Positions 1 through 8,219 of a DNA stretch of 34,799 nucleotides are shown here, piece after piece (the stretch's first letter is position 1; every line of letters starts with the position of its first letter). The DNA lies in the IMG/VR virus record IMGVR_UViG_3300035561_000221, positions 1-34,799 of that record; one strand, 5' to 3'. A model generated the notes under the pieces. It had not been told where the DNA came from and did not search any database. It worked only from the letters and a program-made list of their open reading frames with translations. Source of the DNA: a virus (taxonomy: Duplodnaviria; Caudoviricetes). The position numbers and the translations under genes were made by a program.

Positions 1-10
1 TTATTCGCAT
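1..10 (-). CDS. 5' start of a gene running off the left edge (MRI...)
   Basis: Minus strand reads AGGAGGAATT-ATG: strong SD at 15-20 and ATG at 10-8. Confidence 0.6.
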
Positions 11-103
11 AATTCCTCCTCTATATATAAGAGTGAATTATGAAAAATATTGGGTAACATCTGAAGCTAATTCTATATGTTTATGGAAATTATAAGCGAA
101 GAA

Positions 104-1042
104 CTATTCAGAGAAGTAGATTTTTTTCAAATCATATTGATATTTTTCTTTGTGAGTAACTGGATTATAAATAGTAGATTTTGAGATAACACCCTTACAA
201 GGATCACCAATATGAAATTCCTTCATCCTTTCCAAAAGATCATACGAGAAATGACCATGAATGCTTGTTTCATCTTCTAATAATATCTCAAATCGACCTT
301 TAGAGCTTATTGTAACCAACTCACCCTTGAAATCAACATTTACCGGATCTGAAATTTTTATTTTTGTTAATGTATTATGAAGAGATGCTATCTTTTCATT
401 CTCTCCTTTCCAGACATGGGTTTCACCTTCAGGGCTTTTCCAAGTAATATCTACTTCGAGTTCATCTTTTGATAATTCTGACAAAAAATATGAAATGCTT
501 TTAGCACTTTTAGCACCTATATTTTCCACACATTCTATTATTTCATCTGCGTCTTCAGAATTGAAAGTCTCGAAAGTTTTTTTTAATGCTTCCTGTAATA
601 TACTATATCCAAAAAGGTCAGGAGTGGTTCTTCCAGATAAATAGAATATAGTTGATCCTGTTCCTATACCTTCAAGTCTTAAATCTATTGTTTCATTAAT
701 TATTGCTTCTCGTTTTTTACCACCCTTATTCCCATATTCAATATATTTTGAAATATTGAATATGGATTTAGCAAAGTAGTTAGTGATTCCTCCAACAACT
801 CGTAAAGGAATACTGCCAAAGTTTGCTTTATCACCTTTGAGTCTAAGTTCAATAATCTCTTTCTCTCTTTTAAGATTTTCTTTATATAATTGATAATTGA
901 GATCGGTTAATTGGTTATTATAGCTCTCAAGTTCTAATTTCAAGGAGAAATCTGTTGGATTATTATCTATCAATGCTTCGATCTCTTCAATTTTTTCTTC
1001 AATCTGAGCTATATGTTCTCTTAATTTCCTAAAAACTGTCAT
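104..1042 (-). CDS. Hypothetical protein, partner of the nucleotidyltransferase (N-terminal coiled coil, beta-rich possibly OB-like C-terminus)
   Basis: ORF 104..1054. ATG at 1042 has a GAGGTG SD overlapping the upstream stop. Heptad-like N-terminus. Confidence 0.7.
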   Translation of the reverse strand: MTVFRKLREHIAQIEEKIEEIEALIDNNPTDFSLKLELESYNNQLTDLNYQLYKENLKREKEIIELRLKGDKANFGSIPLRVVGGITNYFAKSIFNISKYIEYGNKGGKKREAIINETIDLRLEGIGTGSTIFYLSGRTTPDLFGYSILQEALKKTFETFNSEDADEIIECVENIGAKSAKSISYFLSELSKDELEVDITWKSPEGETHVWKGENEKIASLHNTLTKIKISDPVNVDFKGELVTISSKGRFEILLEDETSIHGHFSYDLLERMKEFHIGDPCKGVISKSTIYNPVTHKEKYQYDLKKIYFSE

Positions 1043-1050
1043 AATACACC

Positions 1051-1488
1051 TCAAATAAACAATCTAAAAATGCCTTTTGGCTCTTCTTCTCGTGAAAATC
1101 CAAACCAACCTCTCCAGTAACTTCGGTTGTTTTGGTTATTGTTAGGTAATATGAATACATCACAATTATATCTTATTTTTGAATGATCTCGATTATTTAA
1201 CTCAATCAATATTTGTTGTTTATCAGGAGCTAATTGATTAACATCATTCGGATCGACAAAAAAGATTACATCTATATCACCAGGTTCAGGTTTTAAAGTA
1301 GAAAAAGAACCATCAATCCACACTTCGGCTGATAATCCAGTGGATTTGAATCTTTCAAGAAGAACTGCGAATCTGCTAAGCAGATATTCTCGACGAGATC
1401 GATTATCGAATGGTTCTAAAAAAATATTTTCAAACTGATCTGAATCAATATCTTTAAATCCAGCAGAATGTAATGGTGCAAAATCCAT
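1051..1488 (-). CDS. Minimal Pol-beta superfamily nucleotidyltransferase (DUF6932-like)
   Basis: Motif WIDGSFSTLKPEPGDIDV (hGS...DhD) and a later CDVF acidic residue; 145 aa. Confidence 0.82.
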   Translation of the reverse strand: MDFAPLHSAGFKDIDSDQFENIFLEPFDNRSRREYLLSRFAVLLERFKSTGLSAEVWIDGSFSTLKPEPGDIDVIFFVDPNDVNQLAPDKQQILIELNNRDHSKIRYNCDVFILPNNNQNNRSYWRGWFGFSREEEPKGIFRLFI

Positions 1489-1491
1489 AAT

Positions 1492-2055
1492 CTATTCTTG
1501 ATCTGAGTCTTTAAATAAAAGTAAACAATCACCAAGGGTATGGACATAATCTACATCAATCAAGCTTGATATACTATCTAAGCTTAATGGACTTTCCATG
1601 TTTCTATTAGTCTGAATTAAATAAAATCCATCATCATCTTTACCTATTGGAGTACAATGCCAATTATTTGGCAGGCACATTGTATAAGATGCACTTAATA
1701 ATGCGTCATTATCGTGTAAAATTTGAGAAATACGATCTACATCTTCCTGTTTATTTAATGATAATAGTTCAATGTTTATTCCAGAATCAGGATATATCTG
1801 TAAATGATAATTCTTTATGAAATTATTATCAATATTAATTGCTCTCTGTAGATAACAATTACGCATTAAACTTAACTCAGCATTAGCTAAATTACTTGGT
1901 CTATTAACAGCATTATTGAAGTCATTAATGAATTTGACCATAATTTCATGTGGTTCATTGGGTAGAAAATGACTCATAATCAAGCAATAACTAAACACAA
2001 TACATGAACCTTGTGTTTGTTTTTTGGAAAATTCAGGAAATGTTCTTTCAACCAT
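1492..2055 (-). CDS. Putative papain-fold cysteine peptidase (C39-like)
   Basis: Q13-x4-C18 at the start of a helix (KQTQGSCIVFS); WHCTPIGKDDDGFYLIQT resembles the His/third-residue strands of C39. AAGGAG SD. Confidence 0.55.
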   Translation of the reverse strand: MVERTFPEFSKKQTQGSCIVFSYCLIMSHFLPNEPHEIMVKFINDFNNAVNRPSNLANAELSLMRNCYLQRAINIDNNFIKNYHLQIYPDSGINIELLSLNKQEDVDRISQILHDNDALLSASYTMCLPNNWHCTPIGKDDDGFYLIQTNRNMESPLSLDSISSLIDVDYVHTLGDCLLLFKDSDQE

Positions 2056-2071
2056 GTTCTCTCCTTTTTAT

Positions 2072-2800
2072 TTAAACCACTCTAAACAATAAAGCCATCT
2101 CACCAAGTATTCTGAAGGTCTCCAACTCGTATTCTTCTAAGACAATAACATCGTACTCTTGATTCAACGGTCTTAGAACAACTCGCTTTTTCTCTTCATC
2201 AAGCTGTAGCTTCTTGAGTGTAATACCATCCGGTGTCTGGCAGGCACATATTTTACCATTTAAGTTCAATAGATCCGATGATTCGTGAATAACCACAATA
2301 TCACCATCGGAAATTCTGGGTGACATACTATTTCCCATTACCCTAAGAGCGCAATAAGTTTTTTCTTTATCGGATAAATATGCTCTGGGAATCTCAATAT
2401 ACTTCATGGGTTCGATATCTTGATTCTTAACAGGTTCTCCGGCAGCAATCTCTCCATAGATAGGGAATGTAACAATTCGGTTCTCAAAAGGATTGATTCT
2501 ATATTGGAATACAGATCCATTACCAGATAGTTCTTCCAGATTAGTCTTTTTGCCATCCTGATTCAACTTCCCATCAGCACCGGGAATGAACATTTCGCCC
2601 TTTCCGGTGATCAACCAGTTAAGATTCAGTCCATATACTTCATTAATACGAGCCATCGCAGGTGGTGAAGGTTTACTTGGCTTGGTGCGATTTACCCAAT
2701 CAGAAACATTGCTCTGTGTCACTTCAATAGCTCTGGCAAACTCGGATTTCTTTATCCCAAGCACATTTATGAAGGCTACGAGCCTGTCTTTGATATCCAT
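2072..2800 (-). CDS. Phage repressor, XRE HTH plus S24 (LexA/CI) autopeptidase
   Basis: N-terminal HTH, LNWLITGKG, Ala-Gly cleavage site EIAAGEP, catalytic GNSM and TLKKL. Divergent from ner. Confidence 0.93.
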   Translation of the reverse strand: MDIKDRLVAFINVLGIKKSEFARAIEVTQSNVSDWVNRTKPSKPSPPAMARINEVYGLNLNWLITGKGEMFIPGADGKLNQDGKKTNLEELSGNGSVFQYRINPFENRIVTFPIYGEIAAGEPVKNQDIEPMKYIEIPRAYLSDKEKTYCALRVMGNSMSPRISDGDIVVIHESSDLLNLNGKICACQTPDGITLKKLQLDEEKKRVVLRPLNQEYDVIVLEEYELETFRILGEMALLFRVV

Positions 2801-2969
2801 TTGATCTCCTTTTTAGCCCCTTTGTAGAGCTAAATTTCGCTATTGCAAGGGACTGCGAATGATGGCAGTTTGTCCTTGACAACTTCGCAGGTAAATAATT
2901 TCATAGACCTGCAAGTGACATGGTTTGCAACATTGCGAAGCATGTCAATAAAAAAAACAGGAGGTTCCG
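2801..2969. promoter_or_regulatory. Lysis/lysogeny switch region with operator-like repeats
   Basis: Lies between divergent repressor and ner. TTGACA on + (2876-2881) and on - (2943-2948). Imperfect IR ACTTCGCAGGT 2882-2892 / ACCTGCAAGT 2907-2916. Recurrent TTCGC/TGCGAA half sites. The -10 boxes are not clear. Confidence 0.6.
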
Positions 2970-3212
2970 GTGAGATCACCTTACACACCAGAAGAGATGA
3001 AAGCGGCAATGGCACTTAAACGCCTTACTACAATAGCGTTAGCCAATGAGATGAGTATTTCCCGAAGGACTCTCGATTATTTTCTAAATGGAGAGATGGG
3101 AATGAGTCGAGGAGAAGAATTATTACAAAAGTTGCAGCCTGAATTAGCTGAAATAGGCAAAGTAACAAAGAAAATCAAGAGACGCAAACTTCAACATTGC
3201 GAAGAGAGTTGA
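2970..3212 (+). CDS. Ner/Cro-like HTH regulator
   Basis: AGGAGG SD before GTG; MKAAMALKRLTTIALANEMSISRRTL HTH; lies directly before the transposase as ner does in Mu. Confidence 0.75.
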   Translation: MRSPYTPEEMKAAMALKRLTTIALANEMSISRRTLDYFLNGEMGMSRGEELLQKLQPELAEIGKVTKKIKRRKLQHCEES

Positions 3213-3214
3213 TT

Positions 3215-5206
3215 ATGCAATGCAGAGAGCTAACTATCGAAGGGATTCAAGAGAACTTTTCGGTCAGCCAATCCTCTGCTTATAGAATGGCTAAGAGTAA
3301 AGGATGGGATTGCAAATCAAAACCACTTCCCAGAGGTGGTCGCAAAAATTATTATTTAGTTCCAGAGAAGCAAATCCCACAAAGTGAGTCCAAAGCAAAA
3401 GACAAATCACTTCCTGAAGCAGTCAAAGCAGAAGTAGTTCAGTATGATCCGACCATACCGGATCTGCTACCCAGTATTAAGATACCGGAGCATGAGCTGC
3501 GTAGAGCTCAATTAAAAGCCGAGTTATGTGAGAAGATGTTGGTTCAATATGAAATCTGCAAAGTAAAGAAAGAGGCAATTCAAACGGTGTTGGAATTGTA
3601 TAACTCCGGACATTTGATTCCAGACCTGTTGAAGATTGAAGGTAAAAGAGCATTTCGGACATTCAGGTTATGGTTAAGCATCTATCAGGAGAATGATAAA
3701 GATTTCAAAGCACTGACCAGATTAACCAGAGCATCCAACTCCAAGAAAGCAACTGAAGTTGAACAGAACTTCCTGTTGGGACTCCTTCTGGATGCCAATA
3801 AAATTAAAATCGGTTCTGCTATCAGAAAGCTGAAGCAGTTACATAGATTAAAGGTAATAGAATCCCCAACCAGCGAGAGAGCATTACGCAGATGGGTAGA
3901 AAGCTGGCGAGATGATCATATCCAGCAGTGGAAACTCCTGCGTAGAGGTAAGAAATATTCCAAAGACCATTATGTAATGAGTCTGCTGCGTGAAGAAGCT
4001 CTTGAGGTTGGCGATGTCTGGGTAGCAGACGGTCATAAACTGGCATTTGATATTATCGATCCAGTCTCCGGTAAACCGAAACGCATGATGCTGATTCTAT
4101 TCTTTGATTGGGCATCACGATATCCTGTGGGAGCATCAATAGCCAACACCGAAGATTCAGAGCATATCCTCTTGGCACTGAGGAACGGCATCATACACTG
4201 GGGTGGCAGACCTAAGTTTGTTTATCTGGATAATGGCAAAGCCTTCCGAGCCAATCTGTTTCATGAGAAGTGGGAAAACCACGATCTGGAAAAAGAACTC
4301 TGTGGAGTATTCCCAAGATTGGATATCGAAGTTGAGTTTGCCAAAGCTTATAATGCCAGAGCTAAAGTTGTTGAGAGATTTTTTAGAACATTCCAGGAAG
4401 ATTTTGAGAGATACATGGCTACCTTCAGAGGAGCAAGCATAGCTGATAAACCAGCCTTCCTGATGCGTAACGAGGATTGGATACGATCACTGAGAAAACG
4501 AGAACCACTCACACTGGATCAGGCAAAGCAGCTCATGGCAGTCTACTTTCAGGAATTCTATGGCAGAAATCCTCATGGCGGTCTGGCAGGTAAAACTCCT
4601 CTGGAAGTATTTCAGAAAGAACCGGCACCGGAAGATCGTAGAATTGAAATCTCTGAGCTTAACTTCATGATGCTCAAGGTAGAGCAGCGAACTGTAAAGG
4701 CAAACGGAGTCCAGCTTGCCAATATCCTCTTCTACCATGACTACCTGATGAGCTATGTCGGTAAGAAAGTCTACCTGCGCTACGATTTGATGGATATGAG
4801 ATCCATACTGGTTTATGATGAGAATGAGAAACTTATCTGTCAGGCTCTGGCTCGTAAATCCACTCATCCCTTTGTTAAACTGGCAAAGGATAAACCGATG
4901 GCTCGCAAGACTTGGAAGAAGCAACTGGCACATCAACGTAAGCTGGAAAAGACGCTGCAGGAAAGCTCTGCTGCTATTCGCAAGCAGGTTGAAGAAGCCA
5001 CCTCAGAGTTTGTTCTACCACACATTGAGATGAGTAAATCGATATTTAATAACACACCACTACTTAAACATGCTACATCGGAAAGAGAAGAAGCTGCTAT
5101 TGAAAATTTATCGCATGATCCCAGTCTTACACCTGCCAAGCAGCTATCTGAAGAAGAACAAGGTATTAAAGCTTTAGATAAACTATTTGATAAAATCGGA
5201 ATTTAG
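3215..5206 (+). CDS. MuA-like DDE transposase
   Basis: N-terminal Mu-type DNA-binding motif (AKSKGW...RGGRKNYY); DDE triad WVADGH / YLDNGKAF / VVERFF; C-terminal Mu-transposase beta-barrel (VYLRYD). ATG 3215 preferred over TTG 3197. Confidence 0.95.
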   Translation: MQCRELTIEGIQENFSVSQSSAYRMAKSKGWDCKSKPLPRGGRKNYYLVPEKQIPQSESKAKDKSLPEAVKAEVVQYDPTIPDLLPSIKIPEHELRRAQLKAELCEKMLVQYEICKVKKEAIQTVLELYNSGHLIPDLLKIEGKRAFRTFRLWLSIYQENDKDFKALTRLTRASNSKKATEVEQNFLLGLLLDANKIKIGSAIRKLKQLHRLKVIESPTSERALRRWVESWRDDHIQQWKLLRRGKKYSKDHYVMSLLREEALEVGDVWVADGHKLAFDIIDPVSGKPKRMMLILFFDWASRYPVGASIANTEDSEHILLALRNGIIHWGGRPKFVYLDNGKAFRANLFHEKWENHDLEKELCGVFPRLDIEVEFAKAYNARAKVVERFFRTFQEDFERYMATFRGASIADKPAFLMRNEDWIRSLRKREPLTLDQAKQLMAVYFQEFYGRNPHGGLAGKTPLEVFQKEPAPEDRRIEISELNFMMLKVEQRTVKANGVQLANILFYHDYLMSYVGKKVYLRYDLMDMRSILVYDENEKLICQALARKSTHPFVKLAKDKPMARKTWKKQLAHQRKLEKTLQESSAAIRKQVEEATSEFVLPHIEMSKSIFNNTPLLKHATSEREEAAIENLSHDPSLTPAKQLSEEEQGIKALDKLFDKIGI

Positions 5207-5216
5207 GAGAAGGATT

Positions 5217-5939
5217 ATGAAAGAGTATGCACTTGTAAAAACACAGAACGTGAAGGAAGCAGAGAGATTGATACGCTACCTTCATGAAAGACCCATTACC
5301 GAAATGGTCGGTCTGGGTCTTATCTACGGACCTCCGGGACTGGGCAAAAGCAGATTTGCCCGGCAAACAGCTATCCAGCGAGATTACATTTATCTGAGAC
5401 TGGAAGCTACTATGACAGTTAAAAGCTTCGCAGTTAAATTACTTGAGATGATTCACTTCCACTTCGGCATGCCTAAGATGAGATTTAGAGGAACAGCCAA
5501 TGAAATCTTCAATCGATCACTTGCTATTCTGCTTAATTATCCCAACACAGTATTGGTCATTGATGAGATCGACTATGCCTTCAATTCTAAGAAGATACTG
5601 GGCAGCATTAGAGATATTGTAGATGAAACACTGGCAATCGTAATATTGGTAGGCATGGCAGATGCTAAAGAGAAACTTCTGCTTGCTGACAGTCACTATT
5701 TTGACCGCTGTAATTTCTTCTGTGAATTTAAGAAACTGGATCAGGCAGATACAATGCACCTCTGCAGCGAGATCTGTGATGTGAAACTTGATCCTGCGCT
5801 TATTAAACACTTATCAGCCAAGACTAAAGGCAACATTCGTAAAATGGTAAAGGTATTATACTCGGTAGAGAATGTGGCAAAGAATGAAAACCTCTCGGAG
5901 ATAGGATTAAAGGACGTAACCAAGCTTTCATTAGTATAA
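5217..5939 (+). CDS. MuB/TnsC-like AAA+ ATPase
   Basis: Walker A GPPGLGKS, Walker B LVIDEID, GNIR sensor; directly follows the transposase. ATG 5217 has an SD. Confidence 0.93.
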   Translation: MKEYALVKTQNVKEAERLIRYLHERPITEMVGLGLIYGPPGLGKSRFARQTAIQRDYIYLRLEATMTVKSFAVKLLEMIHFHFGMPKMRFRGTANEIFNRSLAILLNYPNTVLVIDEIDYAFNSKKILGSIRDIVDETLAIVILVGMADAKEKLLLADSHYFDRCNFFCEFKKLDQADTMHLCSEICDVKLDPALIKHLSAKTKGNIRKMVKVLYSVENVAKNENLSEIGLKDVTKLSLV

Positions 5940-5949
5940 GGAGACCAAA

Positions 5950-7038
5950 GTGCAAATATCAAATTTTAAAAAGGTCAGGAATTTCATGGAATACTGGCGC
6001 AAGCCTTTTAGCGCAGAGATCGTCAGTTCCGAAACCGGACTTACTCTCAAGCAGGTGACCAGAGTCTTGGGTAAGATGAAGAAGATGGGCATGGTCAAAA
6101 AGATAGCTACCGATGGCAAGTTGGCTATCTACGTACAGGAATTGAACTACGTTGAGGAGAATCCGGTAAATAATTATAATTACGAGTTGGATTTTCTCAA
6201 TGCCATGATCAAGAAATTAAAGACTGCCAATTACAGCAGCACTCGCCAGTTGGAAGAAGTATTAAATGCAGATAGACGCAAAGTAACAAGATACCTGACC
6301 GCTTTGTGTTCTATCGGAATGGTAAAACTGATAGATGGAAGATATAAGATAATAAAGAAGGTCGATCTGCTTCTAATAGGCAGCAAGTTCGACAAGAACA
6401 TTTTAACCAAAATGAGAGATGAGCAAGAAGGAGTAGTAATGGCAAGAAAAGAGAAAGTCCTCAGAGATGCATCAGGTCGAGAGTATCCTGCTAAAATTCT
6501 CGATCCTCAGATTGTAAAGCGGGATAATCTGGTAAACAGGGTAATGAGCAGAGCAGCACGTCTGCATGATAAAATCGCTTATGAGAAAGATAAAATGGCA
6601 GCAGATATCGATAAGTATCTGCAGAAGACAGCAGAGCAGTATGGAGAGAACTGGAAAGGCAATGCGGAGCTGGTTTCCTTTGATGGTAAATACAAAGTGG
6701 AAGTCCGCAACCGAGAAAGAATCGAGTTTGATGAGAAACTGCAGGTAGCCAAGCAGAAGATTGATGAATGTCTCAAACGCTGGACAGAGGATTCCAACGT
6801 GAACCTGCAGGCTGTGATCAATGAAGCCTTCCAAGTGGATAAGAAAGGCGAGATAGCCAAACACAGAATCCTTGCCCTGCGTAAATACAACATCAAAGAC
6901 AAAAACTGGAAACAGGCAATGGACATTATCGATGAAGCAATTCAGATAACTTCCACTAAGCAGTATATAGCCTTCTACAAACGCAAATCACCCAAAGGCC
7001 CTTTTGAGCTGATCTCACTGAATTTCAGTGCGATATAG
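5950..7038 (+). CDS. Tandem winged-HTH region fused in frame to a DUF3164-like Mu early protein
   Basis: Two wHTH-like segments in the first about 160 aa. C-terminal KGNAELVSFDG...FDEKLQVAK...AFQVDKKG is DUF3164-like. SDs before GTG 5950 and before internal ATG 6439. Confidence 0.75.
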   Translation: MQISNFKKVRNFMEYWRKPFSAEIVSSETGLTLKQVTRVLGKMKKMGMVKKIATDGKLAIYVQELNYVEENPVNNYNYELDFLNAMIKKLKTANYSSTRQLEEVLNADRRKVTRYLTALCSIGMVKLIDGRYKIIKKVDLLLIGSKFDKNILTKMRDEQEGVVMARKEKVLRDASGREYPAKILDPQIVKRDNLVNRVMSRAARLHDKIAYEKDKMAADIDKYLQKTAEQYGENWKGNAELVSFDGKYKVEVRNRERIEFDEKLQVAKQKIDECLKRWTEDSNVNLQAVINEAFQVDKKGEIAKHRILALRKYNIKDKNWKQAMDIIDEAIQITSTKQYIAFYKRKSPKGPFELISLNFSAI

Positions 7039-7061
7039 CAGGTAGCGGATAGGCATAATGA

Positions 7062-7090
7062 ACTCCGAGTTTCCGGAGTGTTTCTCTTTG
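7062..7090 (+). terminator. Possible intrinsic terminator 1 after the early operon
   Basis: ACTCCG-6 nt loop-CGGAGT followed by GTTTCTCTTT. Confidence 0.45.
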
Positions 7091-7122
7091 CGCTAAAGTT
7101 TTATTAATATCATTGGCATACG

Positions 7123-7160
7123 TGGGCATCGCTGTTTGACGCTGATGCCCATTTGCTTTA
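7123..7160 (+). terminator. Possible intrinsic terminator 2
   Basis: TGGGCATC 7123-7130 / GATGCCCA 7144-7151 followed by TTTGCTTT. Confidence 0.5.
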
Positions 7161-7184
7161 TCTGAATACAGGAGAAGAAGAAAG

Positions 7185-7394
7185 ATGCAGGTTTTTAATG
7201 AACAAAGATGTTACACACCACAGAGAGTTTCTGAAATACTCTCGGTTGATATCAGTACAGTCTACAGACTGATCAGAGACATTGATGATCCGCTTCCGGC
7301 ATTTAGGCTCAAGAATAACGGGCAACTGAGAGTGCATGGCAAGGATCTGAATAAATACTTTGAGGATCATAAAGTAGATCCCCTAAACGAATGA
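7185..7394 (+). CDS. Small Xis/MerR-like HTH protein (HTH_17-like)
   Basis: YTPQRVSEILSVDISTVYRLI...LPAFRL...QLRV pattern; AGGAG upstream. Confidence 0.8.
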   Translation: MQVFNEQRCYTPQRVSEILSVDISTVYRLIRDIDDPLPAFRLKNNGQLRVHGKDLNKYFEDHKVDPLNE

Positions 7395-7783
7395 TGACCC
7401 AGAGACAGGCTGAGTATGCAAAGAAGCTGAGACGCAATATTGTCATCTTCGCAAAAAATGATCTCCGGATGACAATCGATCAGCTTCATGATCAAATGCA
7501 TGATCTCGGTTATGGAACTTCCCTGAGAAAACTCAGCCTGTCATCCCTAATAAACCTTAATACATCACTGCATGGTAAAACTCCCCAAATTTACGAAATA
7601 CTCGATGCTCAGGGCAAAAAGATCTGGGCTTTGTATAAACTGTCGGATTGGAATAAAGAGAAGCTGTACGGCTTCATTGCTCAACATTTTGGTAAATCCG
7701 GTATCAAATATCTAACTAAGCAGGAAAAAGGTGCTTTGATTAAAGTCTTGGAAAACTATGAACAGCCGAGAATACAAGATTAA
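7391..7783 (+). CDS. GemA / Mu gp16-like protein
   Basis: QGKKIWAL...LYGFIAQHFG...YLT...LIKVLE resembles the GemA C-terminal pattern; Mu context. Confidence 0.65.
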   Translation: MMTQRQAEYAKKLRRNIVIFAKNDLRMTIDQLHDQMHDLGYGTSLRKLSLSSLINLNTSLHGKTPQIYEILDAQGKKIWALYKLSDWNKEKLYGFIAQHFGKSGIKYLTKQEKGALIKVLENYEQPRIQD

Positions 7784-8219
7784 ACGAGAATCCGCTAAAA
7801 AGCTCTATCTCAAAGGTGAAACCGATATAAAAGCTTTAGCTCGTATCTATGGTGTTGCCGATAAAACGATGCGTAACTGGATCAAGAAAGGAAACTGGAA
7901 CGATGAGCTGGATGAGATAGCAAACCTTGAGGATGAGATTCGGATAGCTGTGAAAAAGGCTTTAATCAAGGCTCTTAAGGAATATGCCAGAGCTCCGCAG
8001 GATACAGCACTGCAATCACTGGTGTCGCTACTGCGTCAATACTCCAAGAATATCGAACCGACCAGAGATTTTATTGAATACATGAAGAAGTTTCTGGATT
8101 GGCTGATTGATTTCTATTTAGCTCGTAATGATGAGCAGACAGCAATGGCAATCCAGAGGGAGATATTGGGAGCTTCCGGTATAGTAGAATACTTCAGGAT
8201 GCGAGCAACCAGTGGTTAA
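7758..8219 (+). CDS. Terminase small subunit-like HTH protein (DUF1804-like)
   Basis: AKKLYLKG...ALARIYGVADKTMRNW..KGNW HTH; overlaps the large terminase start. Confidence 0.72.
   Translation: MNSREYKIKRESAKKLYLKGETDIKALARIYGVADKTMRNWIKKGNWNDELDEIANLEDEIRIAVKKALIKALKEYARAPQDTALQSLVSLLRQYSKNIEPTRDFIEYMKKFLDWLIDFYLARNDEQTAMAIQREILGASGIVEYFRMRATSG

Noticed and set aside
1051-1488. CBASS CD-NTase
   Set aside because: At 145 aa it is too short and lacks the C-terminal helical lobe; no recognisable Cap effector is adjacent.
3215-5939. Tn7/CAST tnsB-tnsC assignment
   Set aside because: No TnsA, TniQ or Cas gene is seen, and the ner, gemA and virion genes indicate a Mu-like phage.
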